Numbered from the stretch's first letter, positions 45,467-55,654 are shown. The stretch: DNA of 64,000 nt from an uncultured bacterium (GCA_963801165.1 CAWDDT010000005.1:320001-384000), one strand, 5' to 3'. Made by a program: numbers and translations. Notes: a model not told the origin generated them from the letters alone.

Positions 45467-46045
45467 ATGAAAGCCATCACGATGCTCTTGACCGCGCTGC
45501 TGCTAGCCGCATGCGGTAGCTCGAGCGATCAGCACGCGGCCACTGCCACCCCCACCGACGTACAGACACGACTCGACGAGATATCCGGCTACGTCACAGA
45601 CTGGCAACAAGCCGGTGACCTGGCCGCAGCGACCAGCGCAGCCGAGGCCGCCGCCAACCTGGTGGTTGGCCCCAACGGACCCGGTTATGGCGACCGCAAC
45701 GGGGACGGCGAGATCAGTGGAGCCGGCGATGTAGGCCTACTCCCCGGTAGCGACGGCACCCCGACCGGTCTGGTGCTCGACGTCATAGGCGACGTCGAGT
45801 GTGTCCACCAGGACGTTCTCGGTGGCGCGTGGGACGACCCTGCAGCAAGGTGGGGCGAGCTGGCAGCGGCGATCGCAGACTGGGCAGCCGACAACAACAC
45901 ATTCCCGTCGCTGGCGGCGCATCCCATGCGTCTCGTCGGCTGGGCAACCCTGACCCAGACCGCCACTCTCGACGAAGCCCACCAGTACGCAGGCCACGCC
46001 GCGCTCCATGTGAGCGTGGCCGAACAGGCGCTCGCCAACTGCTGA
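45467..46045 (+). CDS. Hypothetical lipoprotein
   Basis: Signal peptide with LAAC lipobox; DRNGDGEIS EF-hand-like loop. Confidence 0.65.
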   Translation: MKAITMLLTALLLAACGSSSDQHAATATPTDVQTRLDEISGYVTDWQQAGDLAAATSAAEAAANLVVGPNGPGYGDRNGDGEISGAGDVGLLPGSDGTPTGLVLDVIGDVECVHQDVLGGAWDDPAARWGELAAAIADWAADNNTFPSLAAHPMRLVGWATLTQTATLDEAHQYAGHAALHVSVAEQALANC

Positions 46046-46114
46046 AACACGTACACGCCGGGACCCCGTAGCGTGATCACTCGATACCTGCCGTATTGCG
46101 ACCTGCGGGGCCGG

Positions 46115-46984
46115 TTATGCGCTGGTGAGTGGCAGCCGGGGATCAACCGGCTTGCCGTCCCAGGTACCGCGCACCCAGGCGTGAGTGGGATCGTCGCAGA
46201 TCCGCCACGCTCGCTCGGCGCCGGGACCTGCCATGACGTTGAGGTAGTAGAGGTGGTACCCGGGAGCGGCCATCGCCGGACCGTGCCACCCGTACGGAAT
46301 CAAGACGACGTCACCGGTGCGTACTTCCTCGAGCACGTCGATCTCAAACCCGGGGTGCCCATAAACCCGCTGGTAGGCGAAGCCTGGATCGCTCGGCCCG
46401 TCGGCTACCTCGAAGTAATAGACCTCCTCGAGAGCCGTCTCGTTCTCATTTTCCTCGTCGTGCTTGTGCGGGGGATACGAGGACCAGTTGCCGGCGGGCG
46501 TGAGCACCTCGACGGCAATGAGACGGTCGGCCTCAAACGTCTCCGGTGTGCAGAAGTTGACGACCTGACGCGAAGCCTGCCCGGCGCCCCGCAGCTCAAC
46601 CGACACCTCATCGGCCGGGCGGTACCGGAACGGATAGCGTCGTGTCGCCTGCGCCCCGGATATCGAGAACCTGCCTCCCCCCACACTGCTGATCGTGACC
46701 GTGGATTCGATCGGGACATAGACGAAATCCGACACTGCGGAGAAGACCCCGGAGCGGCCCACCAGCTCCCGGCGTTCGCCGTCGCACGCGACGATGCACG
46801 ACCCGGATAGCGGCAGCACGACCATCTCCTCCGACCCGGTCTCGAAGGTCTTCGCTTCTTCGGGTCCCAGGCTCAAGACACGGAAACTCGAATAGCCCCA
46901 TCCCGCCAGCTCCGGTGTGACCTCGAGTTCGAAGCCATTAGCCGTGAGCTCCCCTGCGGGGTAGTAGAACCGTCGTTCGCCCAT
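46115..46984 (-). CDS. iolB: 5-deoxy-glucuronate isomerase
   Basis: EVLTPAGNWSSYPPHKHD, LEEVYYF, PYGWHGP, YYLNVMAG. Confidence 0.95.
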   Translation of the reverse strand: MGERRFYYPAGELTANGFELEVTPELAGWGYSSFRVLSLGPEEAKTFETGSEEMVVLPLSGSCIVACDGERRELVGRSGVFSAVSDFVYVPIESTVTISSVGGGRFSISGAQATRRYPFRYRPADEVSVELRGAGQASRQVVNFCTPETFEADRLIAVEVLTPAGNWSSYPPHKHDEENENETALEEVYYFEVADGPSDPGFAYQRVYGHPGFEIDVLEEVRTGDVVLIPYGWHGPAMAAPGYHLYYLNVMAGPGAERAWRICDDPTHAWVRGTWDGKPVDPRLPLTSA

Positions 46985-46990
46985 TTCCGT

Positions 46991-47300
46991 TCAACCTCCG
47001 TGCACAAGCTTCACTGCAACGGAAACCCGTGTGTCTGCTGGTGTTTCCGTGGCCGTTGGCGATTCCTACGGACCGTATCACAGCGTCGCCGCTCGGGTCA
47101 CTTCCAACCGCGCCATCGGTGATGTGCGAAGCTGGTTGTGGACGGACATGCCAAATGGATCGTCCCCGGTTCGGGCCATGACGGCGCCGGAACGCCCGTG
47201 GCGTGCCGCGGCGACCGTTGGTTCGTGCCACTCCCGCCGGATGAACTTGCCGAATGCGGTCGCCGATTCCAAACCCGCCGGGTATCGATTTCTGCCCGCT
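46991..47300 (-). pseudogene. iolC: Decayed iolC 5' fragment plus probable 3' end of the iol aldolase gene
   Basis: YP..LESATAFGKFI....TVAAARHGRSGAVMARTGDDPFG..VHNQLR resembles the IolC N-terminus; VSVAVKLVHGG* ends just before iolB. Confidence 0.65.
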
Positions 47301-47345
47301 GAGTGATAACGTCGAATGTCCGTCACGTGACACGGAGAGGGCGAA

Positions 47346-48101
47346 GTGGGAGCGATAACAATCGATGAGCTGGGGGTGACCGTCAACCCGTCGAGCCCGG
47401 TGCCCCTCTACCACCAGATCGCAGACCAGCTACAAAAGGCCATCGAGACCGGCCAGGTCAACAAGGGCGACTACCTACCGAGCGAAGTGGACCTCGCCGA
47501 ACGATGGAGCGTCTCGAGACCGACGACGCGCCGGGCGATCCAGCATCTCGTGGACCACGGCATGGTCGTCCGAAAGCGTGGGGTGGGAACGCAGGTCGTG
47601 GCCTCTCACATCCGTCGCGGCGTCCGGCTGTCCAGCCTCTACGACGACCTCAGTGCCAGCGGCCGTCGACCTACCACCGCCGTCGTCCATCTCGGTGTCG
47701 TCGATGCCGACGAGGAAGTGTCTCGACTCCTCGAGCTCGAGCGCAGCACGCCCGTTGTGACCATCGAGAGGATTCGCTCCGCCGACGGCAGACCCCTGGC
47801 CGTCATGCACAACTGGCTTCCGTACGACATCGGCAAGGACCTCACGGTGGAGGCGTTGTCGAGCGCCGGGCTCTACGCCTTGATGCGGGCAAGCGGGGTA
47901 CGGCCCATGGAAGCGACGCAGGTCATCGAGGCCCGTGGCGCGAGCGCAGCTGAGGCGAGGACGCTCGCGTTGGAACCCGGGGCGCCGATGCTCACCATCC
48001 AGCGGGTGATGCAGGACGAGACCGGACGAAAGGTCGAGCTCGCCCGTCACGCCTACGACGCCCGGCAGTATTCGATCGAGACCACGATGGTCGAGGGCTG
48101 A
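47346..48101 (+). CDS. GntR (HutC/UTRA) regulator, probable iol regulator
   Basis: PVPLYHQIA, LPSE, VSRPTTRRAI, UTRA-like C-terminus; divergent from iol genes. Confidence 0.88.
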   Translation: MGAITIDELGVTVNPSSPVPLYHQIADQLQKAIETGQVNKGDYLPSEVDLAERWSVSRPTTRRAIQHLVDHGMVVRKRGVGTQVVASHIRRGVRLSSLYDDLSASGRRPTTAVVHLGVVDADEEVSRLLELERSTPVVTIERIRSADGRPLAVMHNWLPYDIGKDLTVEALSSAGLYALMRASGVRPMEATQVIEARGASAAEARTLALEPGAPMLTIQRVMQDETGRKVELARHAYDARQYSIETTMVEG

Positions 48102-48125
48102 GAGTCGCTCGACACCAGGACACTC

Positions 48126-48887
48126 CTATGGCCCGGCCACGCTGGTGCCGCCGGCGAGCCCTGATCCCTGGCTGCGCCCCCTCGTTATCGCTCCCCCCTC
48201 GGTCAGCCAGAGCGTGAGCTCCTGCCTCGTCGGCGTGTGCAACGTCCCGTCGCTGACAAACAGCGCCCTATCGACGTAGTTGATCGCGGCGGGGTCGTGC
48301 GATGCCATCAGGACGGTTGTTCCGCTTCGCGCCGCCTGCTGGAGCAGGGTCAGGATGGCAGCCCCGGTTGTCGAGTCGAGCTCGCCGGTCGGCTCGTCGG
48401 CAAGCAGGTAGCCCGGCTCATGGACCATGGCTCGGGCGATGGACACCCGCTGCTGCTCACCACCCGACAGCTCGTCCGGCCGGTGATTGGCCCGGTCGGC
48501 CATGCCCACCGCATCCAACGCGGCGTCGACCCGATCCCGTGCCTTACGACCCCCGGTGCCCAGCAGCCGAAGCGCCACGCCGACGTTCTCGGATGCCGAC
48601 AGCAGAGAAAGCAGGCTTGCGCTCTGAAAGACGAATCCGAGCCGGGTCCGGCGGATCTCGGCGGTACCCGCCTCGGACAGGTTGTCGACCCGTTCCCCGT
48701 CGATACGGACCTCTCCCCTGTCCGGGTGCAGGAGCAGCCCCGCCATCTGCAGCAACGACGTCTTCCCGGAGCCGGAGGGGCCGAACAGGGCTACGAACTC
48801 GCCCGGCTCGGTAACGAGGTTGACGTCTGCTGCCCCAACAGCACCGTTGGGATAGACCTTCGAGACGCTTCTCAGCTCAATGGCCAT
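48126..48887 (-). CDS. LolD/MacB-type ABC ATP-binding protein
   Basis: GPSGSGKT, LSGGEQQR, LADEPTGELD. Confidence 0.9.
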   Translation of the reverse strand: MAIELRSVSKVYPNGAVGAADVNLVTEPGEFVALFGPSGSGKTSLLQMAGLLLHPDRGEVRIDGERVDNLSEAGTAEIRRTRLGFVFQSASLLSLLSASENVGVALRLLGTGGRKARDRVDAALDAVGMADRANHRPDELSGGEQQRVSIARAMVHEPGYLLADEPTGELDSTTGAAILTLLQQAARSGTTVLMASHDPAAINYVDRALFVSDGTLHTPTRQELTLWLTEGGAITRGRSQGSGLAGGTSVAGP

Positions 48888-49719
48888 GGTCTTCCCCGGA
48901 CGGCTCGAGCAGTATTCCCTCGTCAACGACACGAGCCGAAACCCGGTCTTCGATCCCGGCTTCGATCAGCAGGTCACGTGGTATCTGAATCATGCCGCGC
49001 CGGTCGACGGCCAACAGCTCGTGCGTCTCGAATCTGCCCTGGGTCGCCATGCGCCCATCGGCGAGACGCACCACCCGGTCCGTCCGTTGGGCGAGGGCGA
49101 CATCGTGGGTGACCACCAGCACGCTGAGACCTCCCTCGTGGGCCATACGGCGCAGCAACTCGTAGATTCCGAGCGATGTCTCCGTATCGAGCTCCCCGGT
49201 CGGCTCGTCGGCCAGCAGCAGCTGCGGGCCGAGTGCCAGCGCCACACAGAGCGCCAGACGCTGCTGCTCACCGCCGGAGAGGGTGTTCACCTTGGCGTAG
49301 GCGCTGCTGCGCAGGCCAACGGCTTCGAGCAACGCCATCGCTCGCTTCTTCCGCTTACGGGTGGGAACTCCGGCAAGCAGCATGGGCAGCTCGATGTTGT
49401 TGAGCGTCTTGAGGTAGGGCAGCAAGTTGCGGGTGAAGTCCTGCCACAGGAACCCGACTCCCCGGCGGTAATAGGCGACGCGCTGGCGTGCGGTGAGATC
49501 GGACAGGTCGGCACCGGCGACCTCCACCCGGCCCGCCGAGGGCGTCTCGAGACCTGCCAGGATCTGCAACAGTGTCGACTTGCCGGCGCCGGACTTGCCC
49601 ACGATCGAGATGAACTCGCCCTTGTTCATGGCGAAGTCGAGACCCTGGAGGGCCACCACCTCCAGGTTGCCCTGCTTGTGGATCTTGATGAGGTTGTCAC
49701 ATTCGATGATCCGGGTCAT
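48877..49719 (-). CDS. LolD-type ABC ATP-binding protein with AbrB-like tail
   Basis: GKSGAGKST, LSGGEQQR, ADEPTGELD; C-terminal VDRRGMIQIP. Confidence 0.88.
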   Translation of the reverse strand: MTRIIECDNLIKIHKQGNLEVVALQGLDFAMNKGEFISIVGKSGAGKSTLLQILAGLETPSAGRVEVAGADLSDLTARQRVAYYRRGVGFLWQDFTRNLLPYLKTLNNIELPMLLAGVPTRKRKKRAMALLEAVGLRSSAYAKVNTLSGGEQQRLALCVALALGPQLLLADEPTGELDTETSLGIYELLRRMAHEGGLSVLVVTHDVALAQRTDRVVRLADGRMATQGRFETHELLAVDRRGMIQIPRDLLIEAGIEDRVSARVVDEGILLEPSGEDHGH

Positions 49720-52700
49720 CAGCGATCCACCTCTCGCAACACCTCGCTCATCCGTCTCACCGAGACCCTCCGCGTGGCCCACACTACGGAGAACACCAGC
49801 AGCACGCTGACTATGGCGATGTATCCGAGCAGCACGCTCCAGTTGACCGAGATGAGGATGGGCGGTTCGATGTCGGTGGCGGTCTCTCCGAGCTGGAGGA
49901 AGGGCAGCATCGCCCACATCAGCGCGATGCCGCCATATGTGCCGATCACCGCACCGAGTCCCAGCACCGCGATCTGCTCGACGGTGAAGGTGGCGGCAAC
50001 CCCGCGGCGCGGGAAACCGAGCGCCCGGAGCACGCCCATCTCCCGGGCACGCCGTGCCACCGCCAGCAGTACGTACCCGGTCACTCCGGCCAGGGCCAGA
50101 ACCACCGACACTGCCGCACCGACAAAGAGCACCGCGACCAGACCCACCTGGACCGGTCGGCTGGAGAACTCACCTACAGACTTCTTGAGTGTCACGATGT
50201 CGTCGGGCTCGTGACCGGCGGGGAACTGCGCCTCGATCTGCCGGACGGTGGCGTCGGTGTCGTCGGTCTCGAGCCACAGCTCCTGCGGCGCCTCCACCCG
50301 TGCCAGAGCTGATTGGTAGCTCCAGCTCGGGGTGCCGTTGAGCCAACCGTTCATAGCATCGAGATCGACGATCATGCGGCCCTCGCGACGTGAGTCGAGC
50401 ATGGCCGGAACCCGTCCGACGAAGCCTGCCACTTCCCCGTCGATCAGCTGGGAACCGACTGAGAAAGACGAGTGCTCGCCAACGTCGAGACCGGCGAACG
50501 CGGCAAGATCTTCGTCGACGAGCACTTCGAGATCGGCCAGCGGAGCCCGCAGCGCAGGCACGGATTCGTCGAGAACGTTCCTGACTCCAGGGCCGACCCA
50601 CAGCGTCGCCGTTCCATCCGCATAGAGAGGCGAGCTCCGGATCGTTGCATCGTCGGGGAACCCGACGTCATCGGGCACCTCTTTGTAATACGCATCGGCC
50701 GCTTGCGAGGCGGGGACGTCGGAGCGAAGCTCTAGATCGCCCGTCGGCTCCAACTCATCCACAGCGAACGGAACTTCCGACTGCCCGACCAACCGGAAGT
50801 TGCGGAGCAGCATCGACTCGCCGTTCAGAACCGTGCTGCCTCCGAATTGTGATCGCTCCACCCACAGAGCGTGGACGGTCAACGGCGGCGCCGGATCGGA
50901 CAGGTAGTCGTTGAGACCTTTGGTGAGGTCGAACTCAACGGTGGTCCACTTCGAGTCGACGAAGTCGTTCTCGGCCTGGATGGTCCATGGCCTGCCTTTG
51001 GCATCGAAGGCTTTCATCATCATCCGCAAGCTCGCATCGGGCTTCTCGTCTCCGAGCTCCGCCTGTTCTCGCCAGCTCTTTGGGATTACGACACCGTCCA
51101 CCAACAACCTGGTGGCGTCTGCTGGCAGCTCGACCCCGAGGTCCGGGGCTACCCCGTCGGGCCGCAGCGCCGAGAAGACTTCGCCGGGGCTATCGGCTCC
51201 GAAATCGGAACGCCAGGACACGACGGCGGAAAACTCGTCCGGCCGGATAGCCAGAACTTCGGCCCGGCGGTTGCTCTGACGTGGGGCGCCGTCGGTGCGG
51301 TATACCGCGGCTCCGAGCGCACCCTCAGGCACGTCGAGAAAGCCGGCCTGATCGGCGACGACCCTGACGTCGCTGCCGGAGACGAAGGCGGCCCTGTCCT
51401 GGAACGACTGATTTAGCGTGCCGGCATAGGTGAGCGCGAAAGCGCCCAGCCCCGTGGTCAGCCACACGAGAAGCGCCAACCGACCGTAAGGAACCGGGTT
51501 GCGACCCAGGTGCCACCCGGGGAGGGCCAGCGACAGACCGCGCACCCTGGTCATCAGCCAGCCCACGACCCGCAGGACGAACGGCAGCAGCCGCAGCAAG
51601 ACGAGTGCCCCGGTGAACAGCAACAGCACGGGGAACACGACGGCAAGGGCATCGAGCCGCACCTCTCCTCCCGTTGTGTTGATGAACCCTCGTTGTGCCA
51701 GCTGGAACAGGATGACGAGAGACATTGCGATGGCGAATAGATCGAGGTTGTAACGCTGCCAGATCGAGCTCCCGGATGGTCTCGCCGCCAACGACCGCAG
51801 CTCGAGCACGGGACGTCTGGCGACGGGGAGTATGGCCAGACCCATCGAGAGGAATGTCACGACTGCTCCCCCGAGCACATACGGCGTGATCGAGGCAACC
51901 TGGGAGACTTGTAGCGCCTGCTGTCCAGTCAGGTCCGAAAGCGGCGGCACCCGGCCGGTGACCTCGACGAGCAACCTGGCCACGTAGGGTGCGACCGCGG
52001 CGGCGATGGCGGCGACAACTGCCGACTGTGCGAGGTGGATCCCGGTGGTCTGCCAGGTGCTGGCGCCGCGGGTCTTGAGGAGGGCTATCTCAGGCCCCTC
52101 ACGCTCCAGTGTCAAGGCGGCGGTGTAGATCAGGAAGTAGAGGGCGCCGCCCACAACGAGCGCGAGGATCGCCAGGATCGGAGCACCAACCGTTACCGAC
52201 CGAACGTCGAAGGCATCGAGCAACGAGATCAGCAGGGTCTGGGCCGCCACCTCGCCCCCGCTTTCCTGGCTGATTTTCGCTCGAAACGCGCCCGCCGCTC
52301 CCCGCAGGGCGTCGACCTCCTCCAGCTGGAGCGCATCCGGGTCGAAGTCGATAATCCAGCGCTGGCCCGCGGAAATATCGGGAAAACCGCGGGAGTTACG
52401 CAGCCACGGGTCCTGGGACGATGCAATCGCTACCGGTGCCATCCAGGCGTCGAAAGTCTGTTGGGGTAGGTAGACCATCCGCAAGGGGTCGTCGAGACCC
52501 CAGATCTTCTCTCCTCTGTCGACCGGTGCCACGATGGCTGCGATCTCGACCACTTCGAAAGTGTCGGGGTGTCCTGAAAACGGCTTCATGATGAACACGT
52601 CCCCCACCCCGAGACCGGTGAGTCTCGCCACGTCCTGCCCGACCATGATCGGGAGCGGTGCGGCATTGTCGCCACCCGGGGCTTCGAGCGCCGTCTCGGG

Positions 52701-53252
52701 CCACGCGCCCTCTACGACCTGAACATGCTGGTCGAGGGTCGGGCTGGTGAACAGCCGGATCTGGAGCGCCTCCTGGGGTGGTGTGGGGTAGGGAGGAGGC
52801 GGCACCTCCTGCGGCTCCTCCGTCAGGTTGAGCTTGGAGTTGGCCAGCTCGATCTCGGCCTTCTGCTTCTTCCACTCATTGGCGCGGCCTATCCAATCAA
52901 CTGCTCCCCCGGTGGGGATGACGACGAACTCGCGGGTCTGGGTGCGCTCGACATAGGTCGGGTACCACTCGGAGATGGTCGAGGACTGCAGATTGGTTAC
53001 TAGCTTGCGGTTGGCGGCGGCGTCGGTGGAGAGGTAGTCGGTGGTCCGCCACCCGACCTCGAAGTCGACCTGATCGGCGAGCGCGCTATGAGTGGAGAAG
53101 CGCAGATCAACGGCTCTGACCGAATCCTGGTAGAGGGGAACGACAACGAGCAGGGCGATGACCAGAGTTGCCCCAAGCAACGACCCGATGAGTATCCCGC
53201 GCTTGGCCCACAAGCGCCGCGCCACAAGCCCAATGTAGGTGACGAGCTTCAC
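49719..53252 (-). CDS. Large FtsX-like ABC permease (two modules)
   Basis: EIALLKTRGAS and EMGVLRALG motifs, two large extracytoplasmic domains. Confidence 0.88.
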   Translation of the reverse strand: MKLVTYIGLVARRLWAKRGILIGSLLGATLVIALLVVVPLYQDSVRAVDLRFSTHSALADQVDFEVGWRTTDYLSTDAAANRKLVTNLQSSTISEWYPTYVERTQTREFVVIPTGGAVDWIGRANEWKKQKAEIELANSKLNLTEEPQEVPPPPYPTPPQEALQIRLFTSPTLDQHVQVVEGAWPETALEAPGGDNAAPLPIMVGQDVARLTGLGVGDVFIMKPFSGHPDTFEVVEIAAIVAPVDRGEKIWGLDDPLRMVYLPQQTFDAWMAPVAIASSQDPWLRNSRGFPDISAGQRWIIDFDPDALQLEEVDALRGAAGAFRAKISQESGGEVAAQTLLISLLDAFDVRSVTVGAPILAILALVVGGALYFLIYTAALTLEREGPEIALLKTRGASTWQTTGIHLAQSAVVAAIAAAVAPYVARLLVEVTGRVPPLSDLTGQQALQVSQVASITPYVLGGAVVTFLSMGLAILPVARRPVLELRSLAARPSGSSIWQRYNLDLFAIAMSLVILFQLAQRGFINTTGGEVRLDALAVVFPVLLLFTGALVLLRLLPFVLRVVGWLMTRVRGLSLALPGWHLGRNPVPYGRLALLVWLTTGLGAFALTYAGTLNQSFQDRAAFVSGSDVRVVADQAGFLDVPEGALGAAVYRTDGAPRQSNRRAEVLAIRPDEFSAVVSWRSDFGADSPGEVFSALRPDGVAPDLGVELPADATRLLVDGVVIPKSWREQAELGDEKPDASLRMMMKAFDAKGRPWTIQAENDFVDSKWTTVEFDLTKGLNDYLSDPAPPLTVHALWVERSQFGGSTVLNGESMLLRNFRLVGQSEVPFAVDELEPTGDLELRSDVPASQAADAYYKEVPDDVGFPDDATIRSSPLYADGTATLWVGPGVRNVLDESVPALRAPLADLEVLVDEDLAAFAGLDVGEHSSFSVGSQLIDGEVAGFVGRVPAMLDSRREGRMIVDLDAMNGWLNGTPSWSYQSALARVEAPQELWLETDDTDATVRQIEAQFPAGHEPDDIVTLKKSVGEFSSRPVQVGLVAVLFVGAAVSVVLALAGVTGYVLLAVARRAREMGVLRALGFPRRGVAATFTVEQIAVLGLGAVIGTYGGIALMWAMLPFLQLGETATDIEPPILISVNWSVLLGYIAIVSVLLVFSVVWATRRVSVRRMSEVLREVDR

Positions 53253-53316
53253 GTCATGACGTCCCTTGCCTCCGGACCGGCATCACCTTAGTCCCGACCC
53301 CGTCCGGGGAACCAGG

Positions 53317-54435
53317 TCATACGCCCTGGAGATCGAGCTCGACCGCACGCACACAGGCAACCTCGCCGGGAGGGGCGGGCAGCAACGGCGGAGCGGCCTC
53401 CGAGCAGCCGGCGACGGCGTAGGGGCAGCGGGGCACGAGGGTGCATTCGCCCTCGGGAACGTCTGTGAGCTTGGGCACGTCACCGGCGATGGGACGAAGC
53501 CGGCTGACCCCGGGCCGGGGCAGAGCACCGAGCAAACCTTCGGTATACGGATGCTGCGGGTTACGGAACACCGCGTCCACCGGACCGGTCTCCACGATCC
53601 TGCCCCCGTACATGATCGCGACCCTGGTGGCCAGTGATGCCACCCGGGCGAGGTCGTGGGTGATGAAGATCATCGCCATTCCCCGCTCCCGGGTCATGTC
53701 TCGGATGAGATCGAGCACCGCGGCCGCAACGGCCGAGTCGAGACCGGTCAGCGGCTCGTCGGCCACGAGCAACCGGGGACCTTTCACGAGCGCCGCAGCC
53801 AGCATCGCCCGCTGTGCCTGCCCACGGCTCAGCTCATTGGGGAACGCCAGGTATTTCGACGTCTTGGGCAGCTTCACCTGACCGAGCGCATCGAGAACCC
53901 GCTCTTCGATCTCACCCAAGGACAGCTCGGTGTGGGCATCGAGCGCCTCTCCCGCCTGCTCACCGATGATCTCCACCGGGTTCCAGCCGCCGATGGCATC
54001 CTGGAACAGAACGCCCACCTCGGTCCCCATGATCCGCCGCCAATCGTCGTCAAGCAGCTCCTCCAAGAACCTCTCCCGCTTGCGTGGCCTGCGCCGGCGC
54101 CACCGCCTGGAGGCGCGCTGATCCTCAGTTGCGGTAGGACGGATGCGCGTCCCATCGAAGGACACCTCACCGCGAACCACCTTCGCTCCCACACCGAGTA
54201 GCCCGAGACTCCCCATCGCCGCCAGCGTCTTGCCGCTGCCCGACTCGCCGACGATGGCGAGCACCTCCTCCGGGTAGACGGAAAAGCTGACGTCTTTGAT
54301 CGCATCGACCCACCCGTATGGGAGCATCGGTCCGTACGGCTCCACCATCACGCCTCTCTGGCTGCGCCGCCGGGCGGCCTCGAGGTCGTACACGGCGACC
54401 CCCAGGTTCTGTACCTCAAAGATTGGCCGGGGCAC
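53317..54435 (-). CDS. OppD/DppD-like ABC ATP-binding protein
   Basis: GESGSGKT, LSRGQAQR, ADEPLT, PQHPYTEGL, C-terminal Cys motif; RBS GAGGAGG. Confidence 0.88.
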   Translation of the reverse strand: MPRPIFEVQNLGVAVYDLEAARRRSQRGVMVEPYGPMLPYGWVDAIKDVSFSVYPEEVLAIVGESGSGKTLAAMGSLGLLGVGAKVVRGEVSFDGTRIRPTATEDQRASRRWRRRRPRKRERFLEELLDDDWRRIMGTEVGVLFQDAIGGWNPVEIIGEQAGEALDAHTELSLGEIEERVLDALGQVKLPKTSKYLAFPNELSRGQAQRAMLAAALVKGPRLLVADEPLTGLDSAVAAAVLDLIRDMTRERGMAMIFITHDLARVASLATRVAIMYGGRIVETGPVDAVFRNPQHPYTEGLLGALPRPGVSRLRPIAGDVPKLTDVPEGECTLVPRCPYAVAGCSEAAPPLLPAPPGEVACVRAVELDLQGV

Positions 54436-55294
54436 CAAGCACCTCCTCATCCGCCCGGTCACCGGCAGCCAGAAGGCCACCGGCGATCACCAACCCTATA
54501 CCGAGCCACTGCCATCGCGAAGGTGTCTCGTCGAGAAACACCAGTGCCAGTACGACGGCAGACGCAGGCTCCACGTGCATCAGCACGCTCACCACCGCAA
54601 CTGGAAGCTCGCTCGTGGCCGTCCAGAAGATGAGGAACCCGAGCCCGGTCAGCACGATTCCCAGGATCAGCAACGGCACGGGATCGTCTCTGAGCCCCCC
54701 GACGGCCGAGCCGAGAAACGGGGAGAGAACGATCGACGCGGTGATCATCTCTCCTGTAGTGACGGGAAGTGGACCGACAGCATCGACCGCGGCCTTTGAT
54801 ACGAGTAACAGCGCGGCGACTGTTAGCGCCGAGACGATGGCTACCACGACCCCGCGTCCGGTGGTTGCGGTGGCGTCGCCACCTTCGGAGGCCACGACGA
54901 AAACGACGCCGGTGAACGCCACGGCAAGGGCCCCGTAGACCCGCGGGCGAACGCGCTCGCTGAGGAAGTACGGAGCCAGGACCGCGGCGGAAACCGGACC
55001 CAGGTAGACAACGGCAAGAGTCACCGCGACCGACGTCAGCTTCAACGCCCAGAAGAAGGTCGCCCAATGAACCGCAAGAAGAACACCGGCGACGGCGATC
55101 TGTGGCCGGTGGGTGGCCGGCAGCCGCAGACGCCTCCGTGCGATCATGATCGCCAGCAGGGTCATCGCCCCCAACCAGACCCGAACGGTCACCAGCCCTT
55201 GCCAGGGAACGTCTTCGCGAACGATCAGCGGGATCGCTCCCCAACCGACGGCAAGCGCCGACAGGGCGATCATGGCAAGCGAGCGTCGCGACAT
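54416..55294 (-). CDS. DMT/EamA family transporter
   Basis: About 10 TM segments, FLSER and FLDETP repeats; TAGTCT 6 nt before ATG. Confidence 0.88.
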   Translation of the reverse strand: MSRRSLAMIALSALAVGWGAIPLIVREDVPWQGLVTVRVWLGAMTLLAIMIARRRLRLPATHRPQIAVAGVLLAVHWATFFWALKLTSVAVTLAVVYLGPVSAAVLAPYFLSERVRPRVYGALAVAFTGVVFVVASEGGDATATTGRGVVVAIVSALTVAALLLVSKAAVDAVGPLPVTTGEMITASIVLSPFLGSAVGGLRDDPVPLLILGIVLTGLGFLIFWTATSELPVAVVSVLMHVEPASAVVLALVFLDETPSRWQWLGIGLVIAGGLLAAGDRADEEVLGAPANL

Positions 55295-55409
55295 CGCCTC
55301 AGACTAGGAGCGAGACCAGAACCGGTGTTGTCGCACGGACCAGTCACTTCAGAAAGAAGAGAAATGGTCCTTTCGCGGAACGGCATACCTGCCGACAGAA
55401 GGGGTACAT

Positions 55410-55535
55410 AACCCGGGCGGTTTGTTCCAACTCCACGGGAACAACTTAGGAGGTCCCCTTCCCTCCGACTCATCCTCAGAGCGGCCGTCGGGGTATTGCG
55501 CAGATGCAGCCCCCCTCGTGGGGGCTGCATTTTTC
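55410..55535 (+). ncRNA. Candidate small RNA with C/U-rich loops
   Basis: GGGTAC (55402) upstream, three hairpins, strong terminator; no credible ORF. Confidence 0.5.
55504..55534 (+). terminator. Intrinsic terminator
   Basis: ATGCAGCCCCC-CTCGT-GGGGGCTGCAT followed by TTTT on + strand. Confidence 0.8.
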
Positions 55536-55629
55536 TCAGCCCTACTCAGGTACCCATTCGCAATCCGCAAGCAGGCATCGTTGCCGGAGTTATGCCGTTG
55601 AGCGTGTTTCTAGAAGTAACTGCGTGAGT

Positions 55630-55648
55630 ATTCGCCCGCAGGGCGAAT
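55630..55648 (-). terminator. Hairpin after ROK gene
   Basis: ATTCGCCC-GCA-GGGCGAAT 6 nt beyond the stop. Confidence 0.5.
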
Positions 55649-55654
55649 GCGCGT

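Noticed and set aside
55295-55620. Riboswitch leader for the DMT transporter
   Set aside because: The DMT gene has its own -10 six nt from the ATG, the terminator T-run is on the opposite strand, and no aptamer consensus was recognised
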